From assembly GCA_902573325.1 (NCBI GenBank), contig CACGJH010000006.1, positions 2,074-66,073 on the forward strand: a stretch of DNA of 64,000 nucleotides. The letters are read 5' to 3'. This DNA is from an uncultured Alphaproteobacteria bacterium (lineage in GTDB: Bacteria; Pseudomonadota; Alphaproteobacteria; HIMB59; GCA-002718135). Below the pieces are notes generated by a model, which was given only the letters and a program-made list of their open reading frames with translations, ran no database searches and was not told the DNA's origin. A program made the translations under genes and the position numbers. Shown here piece after piece: positions 48,356-59,651 of the stretch (positions are counted from its first letter, which is position 1; every line of letters begins with the position of its first letter).

Positions 48356-48517
48356 AGAAATTAAATAGTTTTAGCTTTAAAAATGTAAATCCCTTGTTTT
48401 GAAGTAATCTTGTATCAATAAGGATCACTTTTTAAGCTTTTTAATACTATTTATGGTATTGTCGCACTTGAAGAATTTGACTTATTTTATGCTAAATACT
48501 AGAGAGTGATCATAATT

Positions 48518-48592
48518 TGGGGCGTCGCCAAGCGGTAAGGCACCGGTTTTTGGAGTCGGCATTCGTAGGTTCGAATCCTACCGCCCCAGCCA
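48518..48592 (+). tRNA. tRNA-Gln (anticodon TTG)
   Basis: Hand-folded cloverleaf. Acceptor TGGGGCG/CGCCCCA, anticodon loop TTTTGGA, T-arm GTAGG-TTCGAAT-CCTAC, and an encoded CCA. Closely resembles E. coli tRNA-Gln. Confidence 0.9.
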
Positions 48593-48595
48593 AAT

Positions 48596-49183
48596 TTAAA
48601 ATCTTTTTTGTATTTCGTTTAGATAGTTAACACTTTTCCAATATAAATCTTCAAATCTTTGGAAAATGTTAATTTTAATTATTTCTTTTTCTTTAATACC
48701 CCAAATATTTTTTTTATCTATCCAACCTCTGTAATCACCAAATGACACTAAGCACCAATCAATTTTACATTTTTCTAAAAACACAATATTTCCACTTCCT
48801 ATTTCTCCAATAACATTACCATTTAAAGTGTTTAATAATTTTATAGTTTTATTATCATTTGATAAAACAATACCGGTTCTAATACCAGATATTAAACTTT
48901 TATGAATCCATCCAAAATTTTTCTGAAAATCTTCTACTTTTCTCCAATCTTCATACTCTTCTAATACTTTTAAGGGGTAATTTTTTTTTACGTATTTAAT
49001 TTCAATAGGATAATTCTTACTTGGGCCAACACGTATATTTGCATCATTAGATTTTAAAGATATATACCTTGGAATTTCTAGGCCAGTTTCTTTACCAATT
49101 TCTGCATTACATATTTGGGAAAAAATAATTATTGAAATAAATGCGATTATGATTTGCATGCTAATATTTTTATAAAGTAGCAT
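48596..49183 (-). CDS. Exported protein with two bacterial SH3-like domains
   Basis: Signal peptide and two repeats of about 60 aa ending in W-x-K/L-V…GWI motifs (…DWRKVEDFQKNFGWIHKSLI; …DWCLVSFGDYRGWIDKKNIW). Confidence 0.6.
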   Translation of the reverse strand: MLLYKNISMQIIIAFISIIIFSQICNAEIGKETGLEIPRYISLKSNDANIRVGPSKNYPIEIKYVKKNYPLKVLEEYEDWRKVEDFQKNFGWIHKSLISGIRTGIVLSNDNKTIKLLNTLNGNVIGEIGSGNIVFLEKCKIDWCLVSFGDYRGWIDKKNIWGIKEKEIIKINIFQRFEDLYWKSVNYLNEIQKRF

Positions 49184-49213
49184 ACGATTTACATAAAGTG
49201 TATAATATTATAA

Positions 49214-49290
49214 GCGCCTGTAGCTCAATTGGATAGAGCGTATGACTACGGATCATAAGGTTAGGAGTTCGACTCTTCTCAGGCGCGCCA
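49214..49290 (+). tRNA. tRNA-Arg (anticodon ACG)
   Basis: Hand-folded cloverleaf. Acceptor GCGCCTG/CAGGCGC, D-arm GCTC…GAGC, anticodon stem TATGA/TCATA with loop CTACGGA, T-loop TTCGACT, and an encoded CCA. Confidence 0.9.
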
Positions 49291-49348
49291 AAAATAAAAA
49301 ATGTTATTATATGAATTTGTCAAAATCTGTATTAATTAAAATAATAAA

Positions 49349-50371
49349 ATGATAGTTGATATAAATTCCACAAAAATAAAAAGTGATAAACAATTATCAA
49401 ATTTATTTGTTAACGCAAATTTTAATAATTTATCTATTAACTGCAATATACTTAAAGGTAATTTTTATTCTGATTCATTTTATTATTTTCCAATTACTGA
49501 AAATAATAAAACATTTTCATCATTATTTATTAGAGATATTAACAATATTTCTCATTTTTATTCCCAAAAATTTTTTGATAGTTTTGAAGAAAATAAAAAA
49601 TCACTAAAAAATTTTAAAGACATTTATATTCTTGGATCAAATGCAGGTAATAATTATTACTCAAATTTAATACATTTTCTTCCAAGAATTTTCTTTAATA
49701 AAAAAACAAATCTCAAACTAGCAATTCATAGAAACTCATCAAATAAATATAGAAAATTCATTGAAAGTATTTTAAGATCTCTAAATATCGAATTCACTTT
49801 TGTTTTTCTAGATGATGATTTTTATTACTTTACAGATTCAGAGTTTCCTCAGTTTTTTAGTATTAATAATTCTATTGAAATACTAAAAAATTTTTTAAAT
49901 CCAAAGACAAATTTAGAACTGAGCAAGAAAATATATGTAACCAGAGAAGATTCTAATTATAGAAAAATTATTAATGAAGGTGATGTTGTAAAACTTTTAA
50001 GAGAAAAAGGTTACAAAGTGATTAACCCACAGTTATATGAAATATCAGAGCAGATAGAAATTTTTTCAAATGCAGAAAAAATTATTGCTCCACATGGTTC
50101 CAATTTAGCAAATATTATCTTTTGTAAACCTGGAACTGAAATTTTTGAAATAACTCCCTCTTTTAAAATTAACGAAAAAATTCTTGAAGAGAGATATTTA
50201 AACTTATCTTTAATTAATAATCTTAAGTATAATAAAATTATTTCCGATACAATTGATGTTGAAAATCATTCACCTCTGGCAAAAAAATATATTCACAATG
50301 ATGTTTTATCTCAAAGTAATTACTATAAAAATCTAATAGTTAAAATTCAGAATCTGCGTGAACTAATTTAA
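49349..50371 (+). CDS. Glycosyltransferase family 61 (DUF563)-like protein
   Basis: The C-terminal segment APHGSNLANIIFCKPGTEIFEI matches the GT61/DUF563 H-G-A-G-L-x-N…PG core. Sampled 60-nt lines are only about 18-22% GC. Confidence 0.6.
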   Translation: MIVDINSTKIKSDKQLSNLFVNANFNNLSINCNILKGNFYSDSFYYFPITENNKTFSSLFIRDINNISHFYSQKFFDSFEENKKSLKNFKDIYILGSNAGNNYYSNLIHFLPRIFFNKKTNLKLAIHRNSSNKYRKFIESILRSLNIEFTFVFLDDDFYYFTDSEFPQFFSINNSIEILKNFLNPKTNLELSKKIYVTREDSNYRKIINEGDVVKLLREKGYKVINPQLYEISEQIEIFSNAEKIIAPHGSNLANIIFCKPGTEIFEITPSFKINEKILEERYLNLSLINNLKYNKIISDTIDVENHSPLAKKYIHNDVLSQSNYYKNLIVKIQNLRELI

Positions 50372-50372
50372 T

Positions 50373-51395
50373 TTAACAATTTTTCAAATAAATTGGAATT
50401 ACAACGCTAATATTGGTTTCTAAATTTTTACAAATTTTTTTGAAAGAATATTCGTCAATAGGTTGGTTTTGATATTTAGCCAATAAATTTTCAATAAGAG
50501 AATTAGCAACTTTATTTTCATAGATTTTATAATTGTCAAATTTGTTTTCTTTGATGATTAATTCAAGAAGCGTCTCATAATTTAAAATCTCATCAACTAA
50601 AAAATTATTTTTCGCTTGATTACTATTATAAATTAAAGCTCCAATATCATTTTTTAAAACTGAAATTTCAATTTTACGACTTTTAGAAACTTTTGTAATA
50701 AAGTCACTATAAACATCATCGACTATATTTTGTAAGTGTCTTATTTCATCAGTTTTAGGTCGTCTGAATGGATTAAATAAATCTTTACCATCTCCCGCAT
50801 TCTGATTAAAAACTTCTATGCCTTCTTTAGTTTCAATTGATTGACCAAAGACTCCAGAAGATAAGCTTAGTGGCGTATTATAATAAAACCAACTTGGTCC
50901 GCTTACTCCAATACTACCTATAATTGAGCCATAGGATGCAAATATTTTGTCACCTGTAGTTGCAACCCAATATCCACCTGATGCTAAAATTTCTTTTGTA
51001 AAAAAATATACTTTAGTGTTAGTAGCTTGTTTAAATTCGTAAATAATTTGCTCCAATTCAGCCGTAGCACTAACAGTCCCACCAGGACTATTAATAATAA
51101 TAATTAGAATACTAACTTTTAATTGTTTTAATTCTTCCAAATAAGATTTTACTTGAGTGGGGCTTATATAATCATAAAAATTATTTCCAAATAGATTACT
51201 GTGATTATTAAAAATTGGCCCATTCAAATTAATTTTTGCTATAATATTATTGGAAGTTTCGATGCCATCGGTCATAACAAAATATTTTTTTTGTAAATCA
51301 TTTGTAAAATGCAGCAAAATATTAATAATGATTAAAAAAATTAATACTGCACTTAAAAAACCTAAAGTTCTTAAAAAAACACTAAAAAATACCAT
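50373..51395 (-). CDS. sppA: Signal peptide peptidase SppA, 36K type (S49)
   Basis: N-terminal TM helix. INSPGGTV and ASGGYW motifs of the ClpP/crotonase-fold S49 peptidases. Confidence 0.75.
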   Translation of the reverse strand: MVFFSVFLRTLGFLSAVLIFLIIINILLHFTNDLQKKYFVMTDGIETSNNIIAKINLNGPIFNNHSNLFGNNFYDYISPTQVKSYLEELKQLKVSILIIIINSPGGTVSATAELEQIIYEFKQATNTKVYFFTKEILASGGYWVATTGDKIFASYGSIIGSIGVSGPSWFYYNTPLSLSSGVFGQSIETKEGIEVFNQNAGDGKDLFNPFRRPKTDEIRHLQNIVDDVYSDFITKVSKSRKIEISVLKNDIGALIYNSNQAKNNFLVDEILNYETLLELIIKENKFDNYKIYENKVANSLIENLLAKYQNQPIDEYSFKKICKNLETNISVVIPIYLKNC

Positions 51396-51446
51396 TTTTT
51401 AAAAATATCATAACTTTGGATAATTCGAATTTTTTTTTGTTTTCTT

Positions 51447-51474
51447 CTTGAATAGACTTTAATAATGCTTAAAT
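51447..51474 (+). promoter_or_regulatory. Candidate sigma32-type promoter of groESL
   Basis: CTTG at 51447-51450, then 17 nt, then CTTAAAT at 51468-51474. The alphaproteobacterial consensus is CTTG-N17-CYTATNT. It sits immediately upstream of CIRCE. Confidence 0.3.
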
Positions 51475-51476
51475 AA

Positions 51477-51503
51477 CTAGCACTCTCATAATGAGAGTGC
51501 TAA
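51477..51503 (+). promoter_or_regulatory. CIRCE element (HrcA operator)
   Basis: CTAGCACTC-N9-GAGTGCTAA against the consensus TTAGCACTC-N9-GAGTGCTAA: one mismatch. Lies 43 nt upstream of groES. Confidence 0.9.
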
Positions 51504-51545
51504 TAAAAAATGATTTAATTTCAATTAGTTAACAAAAGAGGAAAT

Positions 51546-51851
51546 ATGAATTTTAGACCTTTACATGACAGAGTCTTAGTCAAAAGAGTAGACTCTGATC
51601 AAAAAACAGCAGGGGGAATAATTATCCCTGACACTGCCCAAGAAAAACCAATGGAAGGTGAAGTATTAGAAGTTGGTTCTGGAGCAAGAGATGAAACAGG
51701 AAAACTAGTACCTTTGGATGTCAAAAAAGGAGATAAAATACTTTTTGGAAAATGGTCTGGTACTGAAGTAAAAATGAACGGTGATGACTTTTTGATTATG
51801 AAAGAGTCTGACATCATGGGAATTATAACTTCAGGCAAGAAAAAAAAATAA
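51546..51851 (+). CDS. groES: Co-chaperonin GroES
   Basis: [12 protein letters not shown] start and mobile loop …[10 protein letters not shown]… 101 aa. Confidence 0.95.
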   Translation: MNFRPLHDRVLVKRVDSDQKTAGGIIIPDTAQEKPMEGEVLEVGSGARDETGKLVPLDVKKGDKILFGKWSGTEVKMNGDDFLIMKESDIMGIITSGKKKK

Positions 51852-51854
51852 TAA

Positions 51855-53540
<1,686 letters not shown>

Positions 53541-53565
53541 TTATAAAATAAATTTTTTTAGAAAG

Positions 53566-53592
53566 GGGCAAATTTATTTGCCCTTTTTTTTT
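53566..53592 (+). terminator. Intrinsic terminator of groESL
   Basis: GGGCAAAT at 53566-53573 pairs with ATTTGCCC at 53576-53583, followed by T9 at 53584-53592. The T-run overlaps the stop codon of the convergent gpx gene. Confidence 0.7.
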
Positions 53593-54127
53593 AGATTAAA
53601 CGATCAATCTGATTAATAATTTTCGAACTGTCTGGTTTTGTCATAGAAGACCAAGATTTAATAAGCTGTCCATTTCTATCAAATAAATATTTGTAAAAAT
53701 TCCATTTTGGTTTTTCGTTATACTCCTCATCAATCCATGCATAAATTGGATGAGCATTGCTTCCTTTCACATCCATTGGTGAAGAGGTAACAAAACCTAC
53801 ACCATAATTAACTAAACAAATTTGTTTAATATCCTCGGTGTCTAAGTACTCTTGATTGAAGGAATTGCTTGTTGTAGCTATTATTGTTAAATCAGTATTT
53901 TTATAGTTCAAAAATAAATTTTGGAGGTCAGCATACTGAGGAGTGAAACCACACCTAGATGCTGTGTTCACTATTAAAATTGGCTTACCATCAAACTTCT
54001 CTAAATTTACTTGATTACCGTCTATATCTTCAAATGAAAAATTGTATAAATTCACTATCTCATTAGCTAATAATGTATTCTTTAAGTTAAGCATAATCAA
54101 AAAAACAAGTAAAAATTTAAATTTCAT
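53591..54127 (-). CDS. Glutathione peroxidase (Cys type)
   Basis: NTASRCGFTPQY active-site motif and WNFYKYLFDRNG. Signal peptide present. Confidence 0.85.
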   Translation of the reverse strand: MKFKFLLVFLIMLNLKNTLLANEIVNLYNFSFEDIDGNQVNLEKFDGKPILIVNTASRCGFTPQYADLQNLFLNYKNTDLTIIATTSNSFNQEYLDTEDIKQICLVNYGVGFVTSSPMDVKGSNAHPIYAWIDEEYNEKPKWNFYKYLFDRNGQLIKSWSSMTKPDSSKIINQIDRLI

Positions 54128-54153
54128 GTTAGTGTGTAATAAATATATCGCTT

Positions 54154-55290
54154 ATGGAAACATTCAATAGCTTCACAGACCTTTTTTTTGATGTTTGGAA
54201 TAACGGTGTTTTTGGCATAAATGCTACAGATATCATAGTAAGCCTTGTAATTTTCCTTCTTTTTTATTTACTCAGAAGGCTTATAGCTAGATTTATTCTT
54301 AATCGATTATCAAGAATTGTTTCAAAAACTTCCAATCAAATTGATGACGCTGTTATTGAAGTACTTGATGGGCCATTAAAATTTCTCCCTGTCGTTTTAG
54401 GTTTTTTTATAGCTTCTTCATATTTAGATGTTTCTGATAACAACCAAGATTTTTTAGATTTACTAAACAGATCATTAATTACAATTTTTATATTCTGGCT
54501 ACTGCATCAATTGATTATACCGTTTTCATTTGTAATAAAAAACTTTGAGTCAAAAATTTCAAAACCTTTAGTTGATTGGACGCTTAAAGGTTTAAAAATT
54601 CTTATTATTGTTCTTGGAACAGTAGCAATTTTAGAATTGTGGGGAATAAGAGTGGGACCAGTAATTGCAGGATTAGGTTTATTTGGTGTAGCCGTTGCAC
54701 TGGGTGCTCAAGATTTATTTAAAAATTTAATTAGTGGTATCATGATACTAATGGAAAAGAGGTTTACTGTTGGTGATGTTATATTAGTTTCAGGTGAAGT
54801 AGAGGGAGTTGTTGAACAAATTGGATTTAGATCAACCCTTGTTAGAAGATTTGATTCAACTCCAGTAATGGTTCCAAATTATAAATTTGCAGAGCAGTCT
54901 GTAACTAATTACACAAGAAGACATCATAGACGTATAAGATGGCTAATTGGATTAGAATATAGAACTAGTATTGATCAATTAAAAAATATCAGAGACGAGA
55001 TAAATAATTTAATTGAAAAAGATGATAACTTTGCAAAAAATCAAAATGCAAGTTTCTACGTTAGAATAGATAGTTTTTCTGATAGTTCTATTGATATGCT
55101 AGTACAAACATTTACTGTTACGAATGAATGGGCAGAATTTTTAAAAATAAAAGAAAACCTTGCTGTCAAAATAATAGAAATAGTTGAAAATAATGAAGCT
55201 GGTTTTGCTTTTCCGAGTCAATCTCTTTATGTTGAAAAATTATCAGATGAAAAAACAGAAATTTTTAACCCTCAATCTACTAAGAAATAA
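54154..55290 (+). CDS. Small-conductance mechanosensitive channel (MscS family)
   Basis: Pore helix and beta domain, GAQDLFKNLISGIMILMEKRFTVGDVI. 378 aa. Confidence 0.8.
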   Translation: METFNSFTDLFFDVWNNGVFGINATDIIVSLVIFLLFYLLRRLIARFILNRLSRIVSKTSNQIDDAVIEVLDGPLKFLPVVLGFFIASSYLDVSDNNQDFLDLLNRSLITIFIFWLLHQLIIPFSFVIKNFESKISKPLVDWTLKGLKILIIVLGTVAILELWGIRVGPVIAGLGLFGVAVALGAQDLFKNLISGIMILMEKRFTVGDVILVSGEVEGVVEQIGFRSTLVRRFDSTPVMVPNYKFAEQSVTNYTRRHHRRIRWLIGLEYRTSIDQLKNIRDEINNLIEKDDNFAKNQNASFYVRIDSFSDSSIDMLVQTFTVTNEWAEFLKIKENLAVKIIEIVENNEAGFAFPSQSLYVEKLSDEKTEIFNPQSTKK

Positions 55291-56294
55291 TGAATGAAAA
55301 TAATCGCGTAATTTCTGGCTCACTTTTTATATTGGCCAGTATCGCTGTTGCATTCATTTTAAATTTCTCTCAACCTATAATGGTTCCATTTGTTTTAGCA
55401 CTTCTTTTAAGGATATTAATTGATCCAATAATTGATTTTCAGACTATAAATCTTCGAGTACATAGATTTATAGCAGTTTTTATTAGTATATGTTTAATTG
55501 TTCTTTTATTCTCAATTATTGTTCCTTTCATTGTTTCTTCTGTAGCTACATTCTTGGAGTCTGCAGATGACTATAATCAAAAAGTAATAATTTTGATTGA
55601 GGCAGTCATAATACAACTTCAACAATTTGAAATTGATATTGATAGAGAAACAATTAGAAATACAATTGCAGAGTTACCCATTACTAATTGGGCTGCTACT
55701 ATATTAAGTAACAGTGCGAATTTTATTTCAAAGTTTCTCCTAGTTGTAATAATCACACTTTTTTTATTACTTGGCACTCCTCCTAAGAATACCTCTGATG
55801 AGTGGAATGACATTATTAGATTAGTAAAAAAATATATATTTACAAAATTTTTAACATCAGCTTTTACAGGTATTGCTGCAGGATTAATTTATTGGTTTTT
55901 AGGTTTAGAATTAGCCTTCATTTTTGGCAGCTTAACATTTATTTTAAATTTTATTCCAGTTATTGGTTCTGTAATTGCTGTCTTACTTCCACTCCCAATT
56001 GCTTTCCTTCAATATAACGATCCAACACTAGTTGTATTAATAATAATATTGCCTACGATTATTCATCAAATAGTAGGAAATTTTGTAGAACCAAAAATAT
56101 TTGGTGAGAGTTTTGGATTACATCCAATTACGATTATTTTATCCTTAATTTTCTGGGGAATGATTTGGGGGTTTATTGGAGTTCTTCTTGCAGCACCTTT
56201 AACTGCAATTATCAGAATTACATTTGAAAGATTTGAAACAACCAAACAAATTGCAAGATTATTAGAAGGTAAGATTCATATTAAAGAAAATTAA
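55290..56294 (+). CDS. AI-2E family (UPF0118/PerM) transporter
   Basis: 334 aa and about 8 TM helices. Conserved C-terminal segment …NFIPVIGSVIA… and …EPKIFGESFGLHP…. Confidence 0.7.
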   Translation: MNENNRVISGSLFILASIAVAFILNFSQPIMVPFVLALLLRILIDPIIDFQTINLRVHRFIAVFISICLIVLLFSIIVPFIVSSVATFLESADDYNQKVIILIEAVIIQLQQFEIDIDRETIRNTIAELPITNWAATILSNSANFISKFLLVVIITLFLLLGTPPKNTSDEWNDIIRLVKKYIFTKFLTSAFTGIAAGLIYWFLGLELAFIFGSLTFILNFIPVIGSVIAVLLPLPIAFLQYNDPTLVVLIIILPTIIHQIVGNFVEPKIFGESFGLHPITIILSLIFWGMIWGFIGVLLAAPLTAIIRITFERFETTKQIARLLEGKIHIKEN

Positions 56295-56776
56295 CTTAAT
56301 ATTTTTTTACATATATCATAACTAAATCCAGCTCTTGCCATTTTTGCTAATTTTTTTTCATAGCTTTCATTTTTTTCCAACAACTTCTTTTTCTTAGCAA
56401 ATATTCTTGCTGACTCTAACTCCCAATTTTCATTATCTTGTTTCATTAAGTTTAAATTATTTTGAATTTGAGATTTATTTACTCCTTTTTTTATCAAATA
56501 ATTGAAAATAAAATTATTAGATTTTCCAGAATTTGATAAAGATAGAATTTTTGTTGAACTATATCTATCGTCATCAATAAATTTATTTTTTTCTAATTTT
56601 AAAATTATACTTTCAATAATATCTATAAGTTTTTTTTTCTCAAAATTTGATACATTTAATCTTAAAATTTTTCTTTTAAGTACATTGACTAAATTATTCT
56701 TTGAGGAATCGTATTTACTTAAGTAATCAACTGCGTATTTTAAGAGTTTTTTTTCGTCCACTAAATTAATATACAA
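56291..56776 (-). CDS. recX: RecX-family regulatory protein
   Basis: Repeated three-helix pattern: …AVDYLSKYDSSKNNL…, KFIDDDRYSS…, YLIKKGV…, …MARAGFSYDICKKIL. The apparent start is TTG at 56776. Confidence 0.6.
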   Translation of the reverse strand: MYINLVDEKKLLKYAVDYLSKYDSSKNNLVNVLKRKILRLNVSNFEKKKLIDIIESIILKLEKNKFIDDDRYSSTKILSLSNSGKSNNFIFNYLIKKGVNKSQIQNNLNLMKQDNENWELESARIFAKKKKLLEKNESYEKKLAKMARAGFSYDICKKILS

Positions 56777-56809
56777 ATAATATAAATATATTAAAAGAAA
56801 ACTCTTAAT

Positions 56810-57580
56810 ATGATTTACTATAATTATCTTTGTTTTCTTACATTAGTAAAAAAAGAAGTGTTTAGGTTCTTAAAAGTTGGAATACAAACTGTGATTGGAC
56901 CTGCCATTAGCTCTTTATTATTTCTAGCTGTTTTTAGTCTAGCTCTTGGTAGATCTGTTAATTCAATAAATGGTATTGATCTTCCTTATTTTATTGCACC
57001 GGGTTTGATAATGATGACTATGCTTCAAAACTCTTTTGCCAATTCCGCATCAAGTATCGGTCAATCAAAATTTCAAGGTAATATTGTAGACATATTGATG
57101 GCCCCATTAAACAATGTTGAATTAGCATTCGGATTTATAATTGGCTCAGTTTGCAGGGGTGTTGTGTGCGGTATAGTAACAACTTTAGGAGTGATGATAT
57201 TTGTACCTCTTCAGGTTCATTCTTATATGGCACTATTATTTTTCACATTAATGGGATGCACAATGATGGGAACCTTGGGTACAATTGTTGGCATTTGGGC
57301 GGACAAATGGGATCAACAACAAGGTATAACTAACTTTATTGTTTTACCTCTTACTTTTTTATCAGGAACATTCTATTCAATTGCAAGACTTCCTGATTTT
57401 TGGCAGACAGTTTCTTCATTTAATCCATTCTTTTACAATATTGATGGCTTCAGATATGCTTTTACGGGTATTTCTGATAGCTCGTTAATTCATGGCTCAA
57501 TATTCTTAATAATTATTAATATTATATTAATTTTAATATGCTATTTTATGTTTCTCAAAGGATATAAAATTAAATTTTAA
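56810..57580 (+). CDS. ABC-2 type transporter permease (YadH/NodJ-like)
   Basis: 256 aa with six TM helices and ABC-2 membrane-domain organisation. No ATPase gene adjacent. Confidence 0.65.
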   Translation: MIYYNYLCFLTLVKKEVFRFLKVGIQTVIGPAISSLLFLAVFSLALGRSVNSINGIDLPYFIAPGLIMMTMLQNSFANSASSIGQSKFQGNIVDILMAPLNNVELAFGFIIGSVCRGVVCGIVTTLGVMIFVPLQVHSYMALLFFTLMGCTMMGTLGTIVGIWADKWDQQQGITNFIVLPLTFLSGTFYSIARLPDFWQTVSSFNPFFYNIDGFRYAFTGISDSSLIHGSIFLIIINIILILICYFMFLKGYKIKF

Positions 57581-57582
57581 AT

Positions 57583-58761
57583 ATGGTTAACAAACCCTTA
57601 TCAAATGTTATGCCAACTTATGGCAATAAAACTCTTGAATTTGTAAAAGGAAAAGGATGTTATTTATACACTAGTCAAAACAAAAGATTTTTAGATTTTG
57701 CAAGTGGAATAGCTGTAAACTCTCTTGGTCATTGTCATCCAAAACTAATAGAGGCACTGAATAAGCAATCGAAACAACTCTGGCATGTTTCAAACTTATA
57801 TAAAATAAAAAAACAAGAACAATTTGCAAAATTACTTTGTAAAAATTCTTTTGCAGACAAAGTGTTTTTTACTAATTCTGGAACTGAGTCTATTGAATGT
57901 GGAATTAAAATAATCAGAGCATATCATTCATATCACAAGACAAAAAAAACAGAGATTATTACTTTTGATGGTGCCTTTCATGGAAGAACTTACGGTGCAC
58001 TCTCAGCACAAAAAAATAAAAAATACTCTAATGGCTTCGGCCCTATGCTTAGAGGCTTTAAACAAATTGAATTTAATAATAAAAAAAAATTAATATCTGC
58101 AGTAAATAAAAAAACAGCCGGTATTATTATTGAACCAATTCAAGGAGAAGGTGGTATTCGTCCTGCTAATCTAAGTTTTTTAAAACTATTAAGAGAGATC
58201 TGTAATGAAAACAAAATCTTACTTTTTTTTGATGAAGTTCAATGCGGATTTGGGAGATCTGGTAAATTATTCTCTCATGAATGGGCAAAAATAAAACCTG
58301 ATATCATGTCTGTTGCAAAAGGTATAGGATCTGGTTTTCCACTTGGAGCTTGTTTGTCAACAAACAAAGCATGTGTTGCAATGACTAAGGGTAGTCATGG
58401 ATCAACCTATGGTGGTAATCCGTTAGCTATGAGTGTAGGTTTAGAAGTTTTAAAAGTTGTCTCTAATAAAACATTTCTTTCAAAGATTGATAATAAAGCC
58501 AGATATTTTTGGAAAAATTTAAAAGAATTGGAGAATACATCTAATATTATTTCAGAGGTTAGGGGTGCAGGACTTTTATTGGGTATCAAAACAAATATTA
58601 GCAATATAGATTTTTCTGAACAACTTAAAAAAAATAAATTACTAAATGTACCTGCTGCAGATAATACAGTAAGATTAGCACCACCACTTATTGTATCTTA
58701 TAAAGAGATTGATAAATCAATTTCAATAATTAAAAAAAGTATGAAAGAGTTATCTAAATGA
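57583..58761 (+). CDS. argD: Acetylornithine (succinylornithine-type) aminotransferase
   Basis: Class-III aminotransferase motifs: FTNSGTES, DEVQCGFGRSG, and PLP-Lys in SVAKGIGSGFP. Confidence 0.85.
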   Translation: MVNKPLSNVMPTYGNKTLEFVKGKGCYLYTSQNKRFLDFASGIAVNSLGHCHPKLIEALNKQSKQLWHVSNLYKIKKQEQFAKLLCKNSFADKVFFTNSGTESIECGIKIIRAYHSYHKTKKTEIITFDGAFHGRTYGALSAQKNKKYSNGFGPMLRGFKQIEFNNKKKLISAVNKKTAGIIIEPIQGEGGIRPANLSFLKLLREICNENKILLFFDEVQCGFGRSGKLFSHEWAKIKPDIMSVAKGIGSGFPLGACLSTNKACVAMTKGSHGSTYGGNPLAMSVGLEVLKVVSNKTFLSKIDNKARYFWKNLKELENTSNIISEVRGAGLLLGIKTNISNIDFSEQLKKNKLLNVPAADNTVRLAPPLIVSYKEIDKSISIIKKSMKELSK

Positions 58762-59651
58762 AACATTTTATTGATATTAACAATTTTAAAAAAACAGAAA
58801 TTGATGAAATAATTGCACTTGCAAAAAAAATAAAAAAAAATCCAAAAAAATATTCTTCATCTTGTAAAAATAAAACTCTCGGTTTAATTTTTGAAAAGCA
58901 GTCACTAAGAACACGATTAAGCTTCAATGTAGGAATGCAAAAATTAGGGGGTTTTGTTTTAGAACTGCAAAGTAAAGATATTGGTTTTGATAATAAAAGA
59001 GAAAAAGCAGAAGATGTTCTTAATGTATTAAGTCAATATATTGATTGTTTGATGATAAGAAATAATAATCACAAACAAATAGTAAATTTAAGCAAAGAAA
59101 ATATTCTTCCAATAATAAATGGCCTAACCGAATATAGTCATCCGTGTCAAATACTTGGAGATTTTTTAACACTTCAAGAGAAGTTTAAAAATTATAAAAA
59201 TGTAAGTATTGCTTGGATAGGTGATTATAATAATGTTTTGCGCTCACTTATTCATTTGCAAAATATTTATAATTTTAAACTTAATGTTATTATTCCCAAT
59301 CAAATTTTTAAAAATTATAAAAAAGAATTTCTAAAATATAAGAATAAAAATATGAAATACTTTGATGATCCTTTTGAAGGTGTAAAAAAATCAAATTGCA
59401 TAATGACTGATGTTTGGGTTTCAATGGGTGAAAAAAATAATAAATCTAAATATTTTAAAAATTTTACTGTGAATAAGAAAATTATGACTAATGCATCAAA
59501 TAATGCAATATTTATGCATTGTTTACCAGCAAAAAGAGGGAAAGAAGTAACTTCAGATGTACTTGATGGTAAAAACTCTGTTGTATTACAACAAGCAAAA
59601 AATAGAATGTATATTCAACAAGCGATATTGATTTATGTACTTAAAAAATAG
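58758..59651 (+). CDS. argF: Ornithine carbamoyltransferase
   Basis: S-x-RTR (SLRTRLSF), HPCQ and HCLPA motifs. 297 aa. 4-nt overlap with argD. Confidence 0.85.
   Translation: MKHFIDINNFKKTEIDEIIALAKKIKKNPKKYSSSCKNKTLGLIFEKQSLRTRLSFNVGMQKLGGFVLELQSKDIGFDNKREKAEDVLNVLSQYIDCLMIRNNNHKQIVNLSKENILPIINGLTEYSHPCQILGDFLTLQEKFKNYKNVSIAWIGDYNNVLRSLIHLQNIYNFKLNVIIPNQIFKNYKKEFLKYKNKNMKYFDDPFEGVKKSNCIMTDVWVSMGEKNNKSKYFKNFTVNKKIMTNASNNAIFMHCLPAKRGKEVTSDVLDGKNSVVLQQAKNRMYIQQAILIYVLKK

Noticed and set aside
48356-50371. An integrative element inserted at tRNA-Gln or tRNA-Arg.
   Set aside because: No integrase, excisionase, transposase or direct repeat of a tRNA 3' end is visible. Only the compositional oddity of the GT61 gene remains, and that is reported separately at low interest.
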